Below are positions 63,718 to 64,000 of a stretch of DNA of 64,000 nucleotides, in pieces. The position numbers and the translations under genes were made by a program. Location: assembly GCF_964355755.1 (NCBI RefSeq), contig NC_092678.1, positions 13,824,352 through 13,888,351 on the forward strand. Reading direction: 5' to 3'. The first letter of the stretch is position 1. The number at the start of each line of letters is the position of its first letter. This stretch comes from Antedon mediterranea. Its lineage: Eukaryota > Animalia > Echinodermata. The notes under the pieces are model-generated. The model made no database searches, was not told the origin of the DNA, and was given only the letters and a program-made list of their open reading frames with translations.

Positions 63718-64000
63718 ATTTCACAGCTAAGAACTTTCACTTTTTGAAATTCACCAGTCAGAATTTTGTATTGCATTCAGTGTCTGTAAAATAAAAAAAT
63801 ATATATTTCTAGAATATTAAGTTGTAATTAAAGTAATGAATATAGTACACACACAAGAGAAAGTAAATACAGAGATTAACTCTGACTGTTTACTGTTGTT
63901 TTAATAGAAATCCATTGTGGCCATGAAATTTCATCTAATAATGAAAATGGAATGCATGTATACAGGGAAATAGTTAATAGAATACATACAATGACTTGAG
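63718..64000 (-). pseudogene. PLXN: Second copy of the plexin exon fragment (exon start 63783; upstream exon ends at 63990 and runs off the window)
   Basis: 63460-64000 is a near-identical direct copy of 22305-22845, including the repeat/plexin junction. Confidence 0.8.

Overview
AT-rich, repeat-dense eukaryotic DNA with spliceosomal introns, most likely a marine invertebrate (echinoderm-like; this is an inference). Main contents: (1) a >=636-codon minus-strand ORF missed by the ORF track (<1-1908) encoding a hydrophobic N-terminus, a PHD finger and a herpes-tegument-type (peptidase C76-like) deubiquitinase motif, beside a nested cluster of Helentron/Helitron2-type elements (5.2-12.4 kb); (2) a NAT8/camello-like GNAT gene broken by one 5-bp duplication; (3) orphan plexin cytoplasmic-domain exons present twice; (4) a Penelope-like element with a hammerhead-ribozyme motif, interrupted by a Rex/Babar-like LINE; (5) an intact-looking, divergent three-exon FGF gene (34994-41089); (6) a ~13.3-kb (TA)n-flanked unit (43.1-56.45 kb) carrying a promoter, a micro-exon gene, a 113-bp satellite and a nested DNA transposon; (7) two families of short (TA)n-associated elements with an internal tRNA-like cloverleaf, arranged in tandem and fold-back; (8) many MITEs with readable TSDs. 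All calls come from reading by eye. Family assignments need database confirmation and some boundaries may be off by a few bases.
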